Assembly (NCBI GenBank): GCA_963841735.1
Contig: CAWJDT010000003.1
Span: 1 to 64,000, forward strand
Length of the DNA: 64,000 bases
Direction: 5' to 3'
From: an uncultured Actinomycetes bacterium
GTDB lineage: Bacteria > Actinomycetota > Thermoleophilia > RBG-16-64-13
In this document: piece by piece, positions 44,500 through 55,786 of the stretch
How the letters are laid out: the number at the start of each line of letters is the position of its first letter
Numbering within the stretch: position 1 is the first letter of the stretch
The notes under the pieces: model-generated
What the model was told of the DNA's origin: nothing
Databases searched by the model: none
The model's input: the letters and a program-made list of their open reading frames with translations, nothing else
Translations under genes and position numbers: made by a program

Positions 44500-45267
44500 T
44501 CAGGCGTGGTTGCGCCTGTAGATGATCTCCAGGCCGCGCAGGGTGAGCAGCGGGTCGAGCTTATCCAAGGACTTGGTGTGCTCGAAGATCAGCGGGGCCA
44601 AGCCGCCGGTGGCCACCGTAACCGCGTTGCTGCCCAGTTCGGCTCTCATGCGGGCCACGATGCCGTCCACCTGCCCTGCGAAGCCGTACACGGCTCCCGC
44701 CTGCATGCTCTGCACAGTGTTCTTGCCGATCACGGTGCCGGGGTCGATAAGCTCGATCTTCATCAGCCGGGCGGCCTTGTTGGCGAGAGCATCCAACGAC
44801 ACTTCGATGCCCGGGGCGATGGCGTGGCCCAGGTACTCACCTGCCGACGATACGGCGCTATAGGTGGTGGCTGTGCCAAAATCCACCGCGATGCAGGGCG
44901 CGCCGTAGAGCTCTTGCGCGGCCACGGCATCGACGATGAGGTCGGGGCCCACCGAGCGCGGGTCGTTGGTGAGTATGGGCATGCCGGTCTTCACTCCGGG
45001 GCCGATGACCACCGGCTCCACACCCAACCGCCGGGTGGCCATGTCGGCATACTCGTTGTTCAGGCGGGGCACGCCTGAGGCCACGGCGAAGCCCGAGATC
45101 ATCTGCCAAGAGAACCCGTCGAGCCGGATTAGGCCCCGGAGCATCACGGCCAGCTCGTCGCCCGTCTTCTCACGCTCGGTGGCGAAGCGCCAACTCGCTG
45201 TGAGCTCCTTGTCTGTGAACAGCCCTACATGGGTCTGGGTGTTGCCTACATCGACCACGAGCAACAT
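44500..45267 (-). CDS. coaX: Type III pantothenate kinase
   Basis: LVVDVGNT, VDFGTATT, IAPG, GKNTVQSMQAG, VATGG. Confidence 0.96.
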   Translation of the reverse strand: MLLVVDVGNTQTHVGLFTDKELTASWRFATEREKTGDELAVMLRGLIRLDGFSWQMISGFAVASGVPRLNNEYADMATRRLGVEPVVIGPGVKTGMPILTNDPRSVGPDLIVDAVAAQELYGAPCIAVDFGTATTYSAVSSAGEYLGHAIAPGIEVSLDALANKAARLMKIELIDPGTVIGKNTVQSMQAGAVYGFAGQVDGIVARMRAELGSNAVTVATGGLAPLIFEHTKSLDKLDPLLTLRGLEIIYRRNHA

Positions 45268-45291
45268 GGCGATCTCCCTTCTGGACGGCTT

Positions 45292-46143
45292 TCAGCCGCC
45301 CACCGTGAGCGTCAGGCCCAGATCCACCGGGGGCGCCCCCATGGTGAGCGCACTGGTGGATATCAGATCCACCCCAGTTTCGGCTATCTCCCGAACATTG
45401 GCGAGCGACACGTTGCCGGAGGCCTCGAGCACCACTCCCGGCTCGAGTTCCCGGGCGAGCTGCACCAGTCGGCGGAGAGAATCCAAGTCCTGATTGTCCA
45501 ACATGATGACGTCGGCCTCGCAGGCTATGGCCTCGCGCAGATCGGCTTCGCTCTCCACTTCCACTTCCACCTTGACGTAGTGCGGCCGGGCCGCCTTGAC
45601 CCGGTCCATGGCCGCCCGCACCCCACCCGAGGCCTCCAGATGATTGTTCTTGATCAGCACCATGTCAAAAAGGCCGAAGCGATGGTTGCCGCAGCCTCCG
45701 TAGACTACGGCGCGCTTCTGCCAAGCCCGGAGTCCAGGGATGGTCTTGCGCGTATCGACCACCAGGGCTCCCGTACCTTCAACGGCTAAGGCAAACCGGT
45801 GGGCGTGTGTCGCCACCCCGCACAGATGGATCAAGAAATTGAGCATAGTCCGTTCGGCTCCCAAGATGCCTCGGGCCGCTCCTTCGACAGTGGCCAGCAC
45901 GGTGCCGGGCCTCACGAGGGCCCCGTCGTCCACCTTGCCCACGAACGAGGCATGAGGATCGACCGCCTTCATCACGGCCTCCGCCAGGGGCAGGCCACAC
46001 ACCACCACTTCTTCGCGGGCGGTGATGACCGCGCGGCCGGGAAGGTCGGCCGGGACGGTCCATTGGGAGGTGATGTCGCCGTAGCCGGCCAGGTCTTCGG
46101 CCAGGGCCCGGCGCACCAGTTGCTGACCAGCTTGATCGATCAT
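45292..46143 (-). CDS. nadC: Quinolinate phosphoribosyltransferase
   Basis: ALAEDL..GDITS, ERTMLNF, DTRKTIPG, NHRFGL, EVEVES, IMLDN, EASGNV. Confidence 0.97.
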   Translation of the reverse strand: MIDQAGQQLVRRALAEDLAGYGDITSQWTVPADLPGRAVITAREEVVVCGLPLAEAVMKAVDPHASFVGKVDDGALVRPGTVLATVEGAARGILGAERTMLNFLIHLCGVATHAHRFALAVEGTGALVVDTRKTIPGLRAWQKRAVVYGGCGNHRFGLFDMVLIKNNHLEASGGVRAAMDRVKAARPHYVKVEVEVESEADLREAIACEADVIMLDNQDLDSLRRLVQLARELEPGVVLEASGNVSLANVREIAETGVDLISTSALTMGAPPVDLGLTLTVGG

Positions 46144-47786
46144 CGCTTGCCCTCCGGCGCGCTCGTTTCGACCACCATGCTACCTGTGGCGGCGTCGCGG
46201 CGCACAAGTGTGTGCCGCAGCCAGTGCTCGTCGTCCTGTTCGGAGAAGTCCGACCGCAGGTGCACCCCGCGGCTCTCCGCGCGGAGGGTGGCCGCCGCCA
46301 CCATGTGCTCCGCCACGGTGGCCAGGTTGAACAATTCCAACTCGTCCACGCTCAGGCCCGGGGCCACGAGAGAGCGCCGCATCTCGGCCAGGGTCTTTCG
46401 GGCTTCGGCCAATTCGTCGCCACTGCGGATGATGCCGCACAGGTCGATCATTGCCTGGCCCAGGGCGGCGCGGCTCTGCGCGACCACAGCCGGGTCGTTG
46501 CCTTCGCGCGCTTCATCGGCCAAGTCGAGCTTCACCTTGCGCACGGCCGGGTCGGCCACGGCCAGGTAGCGGTTGAGTTCCCGCACGGTGCGTTCCCCGA
46601 ATACCAAGCCCTCCAGTAGGGAGTTGGAGGCCAGGCGGTTGGCGCCGTGGATGCCGGTGCTGGCCGTCTCGCCGCAGGCATAGAGGCCGGGGACTGTGGT
46701 CCGCCCCCAGGTGTCGGTGAGCACGCCCCCGATATAGTAGTGGGAGGCGGGCGCCACGGGGATGAGTTGAGTGCAGAGATCGAAACCCCTTTTCTGCAGA
46801 CCGTTGTAGACGGTGGGGAAGCGTTCTTTGAGAAAACCGCACTCTAGGTGGCGGGCGTCCAGCCACACCTTGTCGGTCTTGTCGCGGTCAAAGACGCGGC
46901 GCATGTGGCGCACCACCACGTCGCGGGGAGCAAGCTCTTCCCGGGGATGCGCCCCCACCATGAACCTGTCGCCCTTGTCGTCCAGAAGGTGGGCGCCCTC
47001 GCCGCGCAGGGCCTCGGTGAGCAGCAGAGTGGGGTTCTCCTTGCCGTAGAAGGCCGTGGGATGGAACTGCATGAACTCCATGTCGCGCATCACGGCCCCG
47101 GCCCGGTAGGCCATGGCATGGCCGTCGCCGGTGGCCACCAGCGGGTTGGTGGTACGGCCGAACACCTGGCCGGCTCCCCCGCAGGCCAGCACCACGGCGC
47201 GGGCGAGGCTGACGGTCAGCTCGCCCTCCGCTCCCAGCGACACCGCTCCCACGCAGCGACCCCCGTCCATGAGCAGGTCAAGCACGAACTCGTTCTCGTG
47301 CACCTCCACCCGGCCGCCCGAGGTGATCACCTCGGCCAGGGAACTAGCCACCACGCTGCCGGTGGCGTCACCGCCGGCGTGCACGATGCGCGCCATAGAG
47401 TGGGCGCCCTCTTTGCCCAGAATCAGCCGGCCGCCTTGCCGGTCGAAGTGGGTGCCCAAACGTTCCAGCTCGCGAATGCGGGCCGGGCCCTCTTCCACCA
47501 GCACGCGCACCGCCTCTTCGTCGCAGAGACCCACGCCCGCCTCAAGCGTGTCCGTTAGATGCAGTTCGGGGGTATCGGAGGGGCTCATGGCCGCGGCGAT
47601 GCCCCCCTGCGCCAAGAAGGTGGTGGTCTGATCGAGAGTTCCCTTGGTCATGAGGCCCACGTTCCACAGATGCGCGGCCCCCAGAGCGGCGGTAAGCCCG
47701 GCGATGCCGCCGCCGATCACCAGAACGTCGTAGCTGGAGTAGCGGAGGTCGGCTCCCCTTCGGGAGATGAAGGGAGAGACGGTCAC
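46140..47786 (-). CDS. nadB: L-aspartate oxidase
   Basis: GGGIAGL, AQGGIAA, EGAHS, MEFMQFHPT, LTEALRGEG, ELAPRDVV, HYYIGG, HGANRLASNSLLE. Confidence 0.96.
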   Translation of the reverse strand: MTVSPFISRRGADLRYSSYDVLVIGGGIAGLTAALGAAHLWNVGLMTKGTLDQTTTFLAQGGIAAAMSPSDTPELHLTDTLEAGVGLCDEEAVRVLVEEGPARIRELERLGTHFDRQGGRLILGKEGAHSMARIVHAGGDATGSVVASSLAEVITSGGRVEVHENEFVLDLLMDGGRCVGAVSLGAEGELTVSLARAVVLACGGAGQVFGRTTNPLVATGDGHAMAYRAGAVMRDMEFMQFHPTAFYGKENPTLLLTEALRGEGAHLLDDKGDRFMVGAHPREELAPRDVVVRHMRRVFDRDKTDKVWLDARHLECGFLKERFPTVYNGLQKRGFDLCTQLIPVAPASHYYIGGVLTDTWGRTTVPGLYACGETASTGIHGANRLASNSLLEGLVFGERTVRELNRYLAVADPAVRKVKLDLADEAREGNDPAVVAQSRAALGQAMIDLCGIIRSGDELAEARKTLAEMRRSLVAPGLSVDELELFNLATVAEHMVAAATLRAESRGVHLRSDFSEQDDEHWLRHTLVRRDAATGSMVVETSAPEGKR

Positions 47787-48698
47787 TAGCCTACCTCGAG
47801 CATCCTTTGCACGGCAGTCAGTGCCTTGGCCCGCGTCTCCGCATCCACCGTCACGATGGGACCCTCAGTACGCAACGCGGTGAGGATCTTCTCCAGAGTG
47901 GTCATCTTCATGTTCTGGCATACCGCGATGTCGGTGACCGGGTAGAAGGTCTTGCCTGGGCAGTCCTTGGCAAGTCGGTAGAGCATGCCCAACTCGGTGC
48001 CTATGAGGTACTCCTTGGCATCATCCGCCCGGCAGAAGCGCACCATGCCCGAGGTGCTCTCCACTGCGTCGGCCATGGCCGACACCTCCGATTTGCATTC
48101 GGGGTGCACCACCACTTTGGCACGGGGGTGCATCACCCGCGCCGCCTGCACGTCGCTCACGCTGATCCACTCGTGCGTGGGGCAGAAGCCCGGCCACAGG
48201 ATCAATTCCCGGCCCGCCTGCTTGGCGGCCCACGCCCCCAGATTCTCGTCGGGAGTGAAGATGATCTCGCGACCGGGCGCTATCGACTGCACGATCTTGG
48301 CGGCATTGGCGCTGGTGCAGCAGATATCGGAGATGGCCTTGACCGCGGCCGTGGTGTTCACGTAGCTCACCACCACAGCGCCCGGGTGCTGGTCCTTAAG
48401 CTCCTGCAGCCCTTCCACATCCACCATTTCGGCCATGGGGCAACCGGCGCGCATCTCGGGCAGAATGATGGGCTTGTGAGGCGCCAGGATGGCCGCCGTC
48501 TCGGCCATGAAGTGCACCCCGCAGAACACGATCATCTTGGCTGCGGAGGCCGCCGCCTGACGGGAAAGCCCCAGCGAGTCACCGGTGAAGTCGGCAACGT
48601 CCTGGACCTCGGGCCGCTGGTAGTTGTGGGCCAGGATGACGGCCCCCTTCTCCTCGGCCAGCCGGCGGATCTCAGCCTGCATGAGTGAGTAGTCCATG
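47786..48698 (-). CDS. nadA: Quinolinate synthase
   Basis: ILAHNYQ, GDSL, FCGVHFMAE, GCPMA, YVNT, CTSANA, FCPTH, HPEC, CQNMK; ATG at MDYSL. Confidence 0.96.
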
Positions 48699-49291
48699 GA
48701 TGAGACGTCGCTCCTTCGTAGAGTCGCCACACTTCTGCCAAACGCAGGCATGCCGCTCACAACGCCAGGGCCGGCGCTCGCGGCGCCGCCCGCACCGGCC
48801 ACCCCGGGTTCCCCGTCGGGCAGCCGCCTCACCTCCTGGTCGCGCACCTGGGTGAGAGCCTGCACCACAGTCCTCCCGTCGGGCAACAATAGATCTGGGG
48901 CCAGCTCGGCCAGGGGCTCGAGCACAAAACGCCGCTCAGCCATGCGCGGGTGAGGCACCTCCAGATCGGCCTCGGCGGCTGAGAACCCGTGGTACCAAAG
49001 GATATCTAGGTCAAGGGTCCGAGGCCCCCAGCGCTCGGCGCGCACCCGGCCCATGTCCTGCTCGATGTCTTGTAGCGCCGCCAGTAGCCCCCGGGGGGAC
49101 AGAGTGGTATGCAGCTCCACAACCTGGTTCAGGTAGTCGTCTTGGTCGGGTCCGCCCACCGCGACAGTAACGTATACACCCGACTGATCCGTGAGCCTGG
49201 TGCCCGGCAGCGCCGCCAACCGTCCCCGCGCCTCCCACAGAAGCCCCGGCCGGTCACCCTGGTTGGAACCCAGGGCCACGTAGACCAACAC
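48699..49291 (-). CDS. folK: 2-amino-4-hydroxy-6-hydroxymethyldihydropteridine pyrophosphokinase; reads in frame into nadA here
   Basis: YVALGSNQGD, QDDYLNQV, IEQDMGRVR.ERWGPRTLDLDIL, VPHPRMAERRFVLEPL. Confidence 0.92.
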
Positions 49292-49318
49292 CGGCAGTCG
49301 CGCTATGGTCTCCAGGAC

Positions 49319-49687
49319 TCAGTCCTCGAGATCGCCGCGTTGGAGTTCCACCGCGGCGGCCACGCTGGCCAGTGAACAGGCCACGGGTGGATTAGGCTTG
49401 GTCACCTGCACCCACACCTCATCGACGGGGAACGTTCGCAGGATGGCTTCAGCCACTGCCTGGGCCAGCCGTTCGAGCAGCGAGAAGCTCTTGACCGTGG
49501 TCACCTCCACGATGAGATCGATGACCTCGGTGTAGTCCACGGTCTCGTCCACCGCGTCGGTCTTGGCGCCCCGGCATTCTTCCATGGTCAGCCGCACGTC
49601 ATAGAGCAGCCGTTGCCCTAGAACCCGCTCTTCCACCGGCACCCCGTGGTGTCCGTAGACTTCGAGCCCTTCGATCAGGATGTCCAA
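49319..49687 (-). CDS. folB: Dihydroneopterin aldolase
   Basis: IEGLEVYGHHGV..EERVLGQ, TVDYTEV, LLERLA, VTKPNPP. Confidence 0.94.
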   Translation of the reverse strand: MDILIEGLEVYGHHGVPVEERVLGQRLLYDVRLTMEECRGAKTDAVDETVDYTEVIDLIVEVTTVKSFSLLERLAQAVAEAILRTFPVDEVWVQVTKPNPPVACSLASVAAAVELQRGDLED

Positions 49688-49688
49688 C

Positions 49689-50915
49689 TCAACTCCCTTC
49701 CCCGCTATTGAAGCCGCTCGCCACGGCCCGGGCCAACCGGATGGCATCGCGATTGGGACCTACACGATGCACCCTCACGACGTGAGCCCCGGCCAGAGTG
49801 GCCACAGTAGTGGTGAACGCCGTGGCGATGTCCCGCTCTTTGGGTTCTTCGATACCCAGTATCTCGCCCAAGAACCGTTTACGCGACGCGCCCACCACTA
49901 GTGGACGACCTAATGACCTAAAGTCCGCGAGATTGCGCATGATCTCCAGGTTGTGGGCGGTCGTCTTGCCGAAGCCCAACCCGGGATCCACGAGCAGGTT
50001 CTCTTCCTTCAGCCCGTGGTCCACCGCCCAGTTGAGTCGCTCCACAAAGAAAGCGTACACGTCTGCGATCACATCCTTGTACACCGGATCATGCTGCATC
50101 GTGCTCGGTTTGCCCAACATGTGCATCAGAATGACAGGACAGCCGGCGTCGCGAACCACGGCTACCATCTTCGGGTCCGCCCGCAGCGCGGAGATGTCGT
50201 TGACCATGTAGGCCCCCGCGGCCAGCGCCGCGGCCGCGACAGAAGCCTTGTAGGTGTCAATGCAGATCCGGCCGGGCAGCTCCGCCGCCAAGGCCCTGAT
50301 GACCGGCTGCACCCGCCCTAGCTCCACCGGCCACGGTACAGGGGCAGCTCCCGGCCGGGTCGATTCTCCCCCCACGTCTACAAAGGCCGCCCCTTCGGCC
50401 ACCATATCCAGTCCGGCCCGAACTGTCTCCTCCAAAGTGCCGAGTGCGCCGCCGTCCGAAAAAGAGTCGGGGGTGACATTGAGCACTCCCATCAGGACGG
50501 GGCCCTCTGCCAGGTGCATGTCAGCCGGGCACAGCGGCACCGGATTCTCGCTGTTACGCAGCGCGGCCTCGATAGAAAGCGCCAACGTAGCCATGCCGAG
50601 CGCCGGGGCCCTCAGCCGAGGAATCACCCGCTCGAACTGCGCCAGTGTGCCCATAAGCAGGCAGTCGCCGTCGTCCTTCATCCACTCGAACAGCTCCTCG
50701 GAGATGGCCACGTCTCCCCCTCGGGCGTGGAGCTCCTGCTTGAGAATGTTCACCTCGCGTATGCCCAGGCCGGTTACCCGTACAACGCGGAACACGGCCC
50801 GCTTTGCCAGCACCCGCACCCCCACAGGCGAGACCCTCACCCGATGTAGGGCGTTCTTCACGTCCTCGATATCTTCAAGTATCAGAACTTGGGCAAGACC
50901 TTCGGCGGGGATCAT
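49689..50915 (-). CDS. folP: Dihydropteroate synthase with ~135-aa N-terminal extension
   Basis: MGVLNVTPDSFSDGG, DVGGESTRPG, IDTYK, NDISA, VDPGLGFGK, GASRKRF. Confidence 0.96.
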   Translation of the reverse strand: MIPAEGLAQVLILEDIEDVKNALHRVRVSPVGVRVLAKRAVFRVVRVTGLGIREVNILKQELHARGGDVAISEELFEWMKDDGDCLLMGTLAQFERVIPRLRAPALGMATLALSIEAALRNSENPVPLCPADMHLAEGPVLMGVLNVTPDSFSDGGALGTLEETVRAGLDMVAEGAAFVDVGGESTRPGAAPVPWPVELGRVQPVIRALAAELPGRICIDTYKASVAAAALAAGAYMVNDISALRADPKMVAVVRDAGCPVILMHMLGKPSTMQHDPVYKDVIADVYAFFVERLNWAVDHGLKEENLLVDPGLGFGKTTAHNLEIMRNLADFRSLGRPLVVGASRKRFLGEILGIEEPKERDIATAFTTTVATLAGAHVVRVHRVGPNRDAIRLARAVASGFNSGEGS

Positions 50916-50984
50916 GCGCGCTGCATCCTAGCCTCGCGTCGATCCGTCGCGCGCTGTCGAGGGGACTTCATCGTGCAACGAGGC

Positions 50985-51554
50985 CTAGGTGCCGGGGGCT
51001 TCGATCAGGGCGAGTACCTCGGCTCGGGTGGCGGCGTTGCTGCGGCAGATTCCCCGCACGGCGGAGGTCACCACCCGCGAACCCGGCGATCGCACACCTC
51101 TCATCGACATACACAGATGCTCGGCTTGGATCAGCACAAGCACCCCTGCGGGTTGCAGAGACCGGACAAGCGTATCGGCGATAGTACTGGTCAGCCGTTC
51201 CTGTAGCTGAAGACGCGCAGCCGTCGCCCGTACAAGGCGGACTATCTTGGATATCCCAGCGATGCTCCCATTTTTGGAGGGGATGTACGCCACATGCGCC
51301 ACCCCGAAGAACGGAGCCAGGTGATGCTCACATATGGAGTAGAACATGATGTCGCGGACAAGCACCATCTCCTGATGGGTATCCGACACGATAGGCACTA
51401 CGATTGACGAAAGGTCTTCTGGTTCAGTGGCGATGACTTCCTCGTAGAAGTCGGCCACTCTGCGTGGGGTGTCTACGAGTCCGTCGCGACGCGGATCCTC
51501 CCCTATTCCCTCCAGAAGGAGGCTGATGGCCTCTTCGATCTTGGCCCTGTCCAT
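50985..51554 (-). CDS. folE: GTP cyclohydrolase I
   Basis: GEDP.RDGLVDTPRRVA, SICEHHL.PF, GISK, RLQLQERLT, HLCMSMRGV. Confidence 0.97.
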   Translation of the reverse strand: MDRAKIEEAISLLLEGIGEDPRRDGLVDTPRRVADFYEEVIATEPEDLSSIVVPIVSDTHQEMVLVRDIMFYSICEHHLAPFFGVAHVAYIPSKNGSIAGISKIVRLVRATAARLQLQERLTSTIADTLVRSLQPAGVLVLIQAEHLCMSMRGVRSPGSRVVTSAVRGICRSNAATRAEVLALIEAPGT

Positions 51555-51563
51555 GCGAGGAAC

Positions 51564-53543
51564 CTAGACCGGATCTTCGCCGTGCGCCGTCATGGTCGCG
51601 ACCCCGTCGGTCGCCACCCTCTCGTGCCCGTCGGTCTCCAAGTCATCCTGCTCCCGGGTCCGACGCGACGCTTTCTGGACCCGCTTGCTCTCAGCCGCTT
51701 TGCGGGCCCGAGCTTCGTCCCTGGCCTTGAACACTTCGACAGGGTCGCCTCCGGCCAACAGGGCCTCGAACTCTTCGCGGTCGATGGTCTCCTTCTCGAT
51801 GAGCAGCAGGGACATCTTGTCCAGTTCCTCGCGGTGCTCGTTCAGCACCTTCTCAGCCATATCGTAGGCCTCATCTACCACGCGCCGGATCTCGGCGTCG
51901 ATCTTCTCTGCGATCGCGTCCGAGTACTCTTGACCCATGCCATAGTCCCTGCCAACGAACGGCTGGGCCGGATCGTGGCCGAACGTGAGCGGACCCAGAG
52001 CCTCGCTCATGCCGTATTGGGTGATCATGCGCCTGGCCGTCTCTGTTACCCGCTGCAGGTCGTTCGAAGCACCGGTGGTGATGTCGTCGAAGCGGATCTC
52101 CTCCGCTGCCCGGCCGGCCAACATGTGAGCCAGCTTGTCGATGATCTCTTTCTTCTTGACCATGTACTTGTCTTCGGTGGGCAGAGTGATGGTGTAGCCC
52201 AAGGCCTGGCCTCGGCTTATGATGGAGATCTTGTGCACCGGGTCGGCATTGGGCAGGTAGTGCGCCACCAGAGCATGACCCGTCTCGTGATAGGCGGTGA
52301 TCAGTTTCTCTTCTTCGGAGAGGATGCGGGATTTCTTCTCGGGGCCCGCGACAACCCGCAGCACCGCTTCTTCGAGTTCTTCCATCTCGATGACCCGCTT
52401 GCGCCTACGTGCAGTGAGAAGCGCGGCTTCGTTCACCAGGTTGGCCAGATCGGCCCCGGTGAAGCCCGCGGTCTGCGCAGCCAAGGTATCAAGCTCCACG
52501 GCCGGAGCGAGCGGCTTGCCTTTGGAGTGCACAGCCAGAATGGCCTTGCGGCCTTCTCGGTCGGGCCGGTCGACTATTATCTGCCGATCGAAGCGGCCAG
52601 GCCTGAGCAGAGCCGGGTCTAGGATGTCGGGACGGTTGGTGGCCGCCATTATGATGATGCTCTCGTTGGCCTCGAACCCGTCCATCTCCACCAGCAACTG
52701 GTTGAGGGTCTGCTCGCGCTCGTCGTGACCGCCACCGAGACCGGCGCCGCGGTGACGCCCCACGGCGTCGATCTCATCGATGAAGATGATGCAGGGCTGG
52801 TTCTGCTTGGCCTGGTCGAACAGGTCGCGTACGCGGCTGGCGCCGACACCCACGAACATCTCCACAAAATCGGAACCCGAGATGCTGAAGAAGGGCACCC
52901 CAGCCTCTCCGGCCACAGCTCGGGCCAGCAAAGTCTTGCCGGTGCCGGGAGGCCCGAAAAGCAGCACACCCTTGGGGATGCGGGCTCCCAGACTTTGGAA
53001 GCGCTTGGGATTCTCAAGGAACTCCTTGATCTCTTCAAGCTCCTCGACAGCCTCGTCCACACCGGCGACATCTTTGAACGTGATCTTCGGCTGATCGACG
53101 GCCATCCGCTTGGCCCGCGATTTGCCGAAACTCATGACCTTGCTGCCGCCGCCCTGCATCTGGTTCATGATCAACAAGAAGATGAACACCATGAATATCA
53201 GGGGCAGGAGCGTACTGAGGATAGACCACCAGGCCGACGTCTTCTGAATGTCGGGGGTATACGCCACTCCGTTGTCTTGAAGGTACTTCTCCATGTCGTA
53301 GCCCTGCGTGAAGCCGAAAGCGAACTTCTCAGCGGTATCCTTGAACTTACCTTCGACCACGTATTCCTTCGTCTTGATGACGACACCCTCGACGTTCCTG
53401 GATGCTACCGCGGTCTGGAACTCAACCGAGGTCATCTCCGTGGACCCGTTGGAGCCGTACAACAGCTGCTGCACAAAAAAGGCAAGCAATATGAAAAGGA
53501 TTATCGGGAAGGCGGCGGTCTTGAAGAACCTGCTCAACTGCAC
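51564..53543 (-). CDS. ftsH: ATP-dependent zinc metalloprotease FtsH
   Basis: Two TMs, [27 protein letters not shown] zinc motif. Confidence 0.99.
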   Translation of the reverse strand: MQLSRFFKTAAFPIILFILLAFFVQQLLYGSNGSTEMTSVEFQTAVASRNVEGVVIKTKEYVVEGKFKDTAEKFAFGFTQGYDMEKYLQDNGVAYTPDIQKTSAWWSILSTLLPLIFMVFIFLLIMNQMQGGGSKVMSFGKSRAKRMAVDQPKITFKDVAGVDEAVEELEEIKEFLENPKRFQSLGARIPKGVLLFGPPGTGKTLLARAVAGEAGVPFFSISGSDFVEMFVGVGASRVRDLFDQAKQNQPCIIFIDEIDAVGRHRGAGLGGGHDEREQTLNQLLVEMDGFEANESIIIMAATNRPDILDPALLRPGRFDRQIIVDRPDREGRKAILAVHSKGKPLAPAVELDTLAAQTAGFTGADLANLVNEAALLTARRRKRVIEMEELEEAVLRVVAGPEKKSRILSEEEKLITAYHETGHALVAHYLPNADPVHKISIISRGQALGYTITLPTEDKYMVKKKEIIDKLAHMLAGRAAEEIRFDDITTGASNDLQRVTETARRMITQYGMSEALGPLTFGHDPAQPFVGRDYGMGQEYSDAIAEKIDAEIRRVVDEAYDMAEKVLNEHREELDKMSLLLIEKETIDREEFEALLAGGDPVEVFKARDEARARKAAESKRVQKASRRTREQDDLETDGHERVATDGVATMTAHGEDPV

Positions 53544-53588
53544 CCCACAATAGGTCTGTTTGAGGGGGGGAATACTATCACAAGGCCC

Positions 53589-54105
53589 TCAGTCGGGCTC
53601 GTCTACAACCCCAAGATAGGGCATGTTGCGGTATTTCTCGTCGTAATCCAGGCCATACCCCACCACAAACTCGTCGGGAATCTCGAACCCGGTGTAGCGA
53701 CATTCCAGGTCGGCGGTCCGGCGCCCCGGCTTGCTGAGGAGCGTGACAACCTCAAGGCTGGTGGGATTGCGGGCCTTCAGGCTACGGGTCAGATACTGCA
53801 GCGTCAGCCCGGAGTCGATGATGTCCTCGACTATCAGCACGTGCCGCCCCTCGATGTCGGTGTCCAGATCCTTGAGGATCCTAACCACTCCGGAGCTGTC
53901 GGTAGCGCCGCCATAGCTGGAGACCGCCATGAACTCGATCTCGAGATCGAAGGGCAAACGGCGGACCAGGTCGGCGATGAAGAAGACCGCGCCCTTGAGA
54001 ACGCAGATCAGCACGGGGTGAGTGTCTTTGTAGTCGGCCGAGATGGCGGCCGCCAACTCGTCGATGCGTGGCCTGCAGCTCCTCCTCGCTTATGAGGACC
54101 TTCAT
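53589..54105 (-). CDS. hpt: Hypoxanthine phosphoribosyltransferase (frameshift near 54065)
   Basis: [42 protein letters not shown]. Confidence 0.96.
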
Positions 54106-55593
54106 CCGCTCACCTCTCCCGGCCGTGCCGCGTGCCGCGCACGGCTGACCCGCACCGAGGCGCACGACTGCGTCGTCTCGCGGGTAATTCTACCCTCCTC
54201 CGCCACCACCAGGCCACACACCCAAAGGATGCGCTCTCCGCACACCACCAGCGGCAGTCCGGCGCGCGCGCGCCGCCGGCACCCGCAGGTCGACCAAGTA
54301 TGTCCTGCAGCTTGCGGCGTCCCCGGGGAGCCGAACGGCCGCAACCGGTCTCCCGGCCTCGGGCCCGCGCACCTCGAGCGCACCGTTGATGCTCTCCGCG
54401 TCCACATAGGCTTCACTGCGAGACGTCGGGCGCCTGAAACCGCTCCGCCGGCTCGGCCGTGACCATCACCCCACCCCACTCGCGCCCGGCCCGGCAGCGG
54501 CAGGAGCAGGCGACCGGTGTCGCGCCCAAGTCGGCCGGCGTCGCGTCCAGGCCGGCCGGCGTCGCGGCGCCCCGACGTCGGGGCGCCCGCTCCAGGAACA
54601 GCCGGTCGTATTCCTTGCAGGCGCGCAGGCCGCCGGCCAAGCGAGCGCTCCGCCGAGCCACCCACCTCCAACAGCGCTTCCACGGCCAGCACCGAGGCGC
54701 GCGAGGCCGCGGGCCTCGCGCGCGCCTCCAACCATGCGTGCAGTAGCAGCCTGCGCAGCGGCGGGCTCAGGCCAAGCAGGACGGCCACGCTCAGTTCTTC
54801 GGCGCCGGCCATCCCGCCCAGCCCCTGGGCCGATGTAGCGCCGGAGCCCCTCAGTACCTCGACTGCCAGTTCCCTCATCTCAGCCGCCACCTCCGCCGCC
54901 CGGCAGGCCGCCTCCACCGCCCCAGGCAAGGCCGCCTCCCAGGCTGGGAGGACCGTCTCCCGGATGGCGGTACGGGCGTAACCCGGGTAGGCGTTCCCAC
55001 GATCGACCGCGAACTCCAAGCCGTAGACAGCACAGTAGGCCGCGGTCTCGGCACGGCGGCAGTCCAGCAAGGGACGCACCCAAGGAGCATCGGCCGGCCG
55101 CATGCCCGCCAACGCCGCCAGGCCCCCGTATCGTCCCAGCCGGTAGAGCAAGGTCTCCACCTGGTCGTCGGCTGTGTGGCCCAGAGCTATGCGATCGCAA
55201 CCGACCTCGGCCGCCACCTCGATCGCGGCTTGTCTCCGGGCTTCACGGGCCACTTCCTGCACGTTGCCCAGCCGCTTGTCGATGGGACGGTGAGCCACCG
55301 TGAGGCCCGTCCCCAGTGACGCGCATGCCGCGACCACCAGGGCCTCGTCGGCGTCACTCTCGGCCCCGCGCAGATGGTGGTTGACGTGCAGCGCATGCAG
55401 CGAGACCGGCCCGGCCCGGCGCACCAAAGGTCCCGCTAGAAGGTGCAAGCAGGGCCAGGGAATCCTGACCGCCCGACACCATGACGAGCGCGCGGCACTC
55501 GGGGGGAAAGAGTCGCTCGCGCCGCATCAGCTCCTCCGCTTTGCGGACGAGTACAGGCCGAGCCAATCTTGACGGTCGTGCGTCCAAGGCCAT
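54102..55593 (-). CDS. tilS: tRNA(Ile)-lysidine synthetase (frameshifted)
   Basis: VMVSGGQDS, HVNHHLRG.ES, GHTADDQVET, VRPLL, RPGDR.RP.G, PLV..G..ILWV.G; located upstream of hpt-ftsH. Confidence 0.93.
54514..54566. repeat. Imperfect 21-bp-period tandem repeat inside tilS
   Basis: Core CCGGYGTCGCG at 54514, 54535 and 54556; encodes ATPAGLD-ATPADLG-ATPVA. Confidence 0.75.
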
Positions 55594-55786
55594 CTGTGCC
55601 ACCACTTCCTCTCGCTGCCCGCCGGGCCTAGCCGCTGAGCCAGGCCGCTGGGCCTGGTATTCTACTACCTCGTAGGCACGCTTCATGCAGCGTTGCGAGG
55701 CAACACGGGGGCGATTCTTGAGCTTCCCCTCATCCATCAGCACCGGCGAAGGCCCAGGCGGGGCGCCCACCGGATACAGGGGCGGC

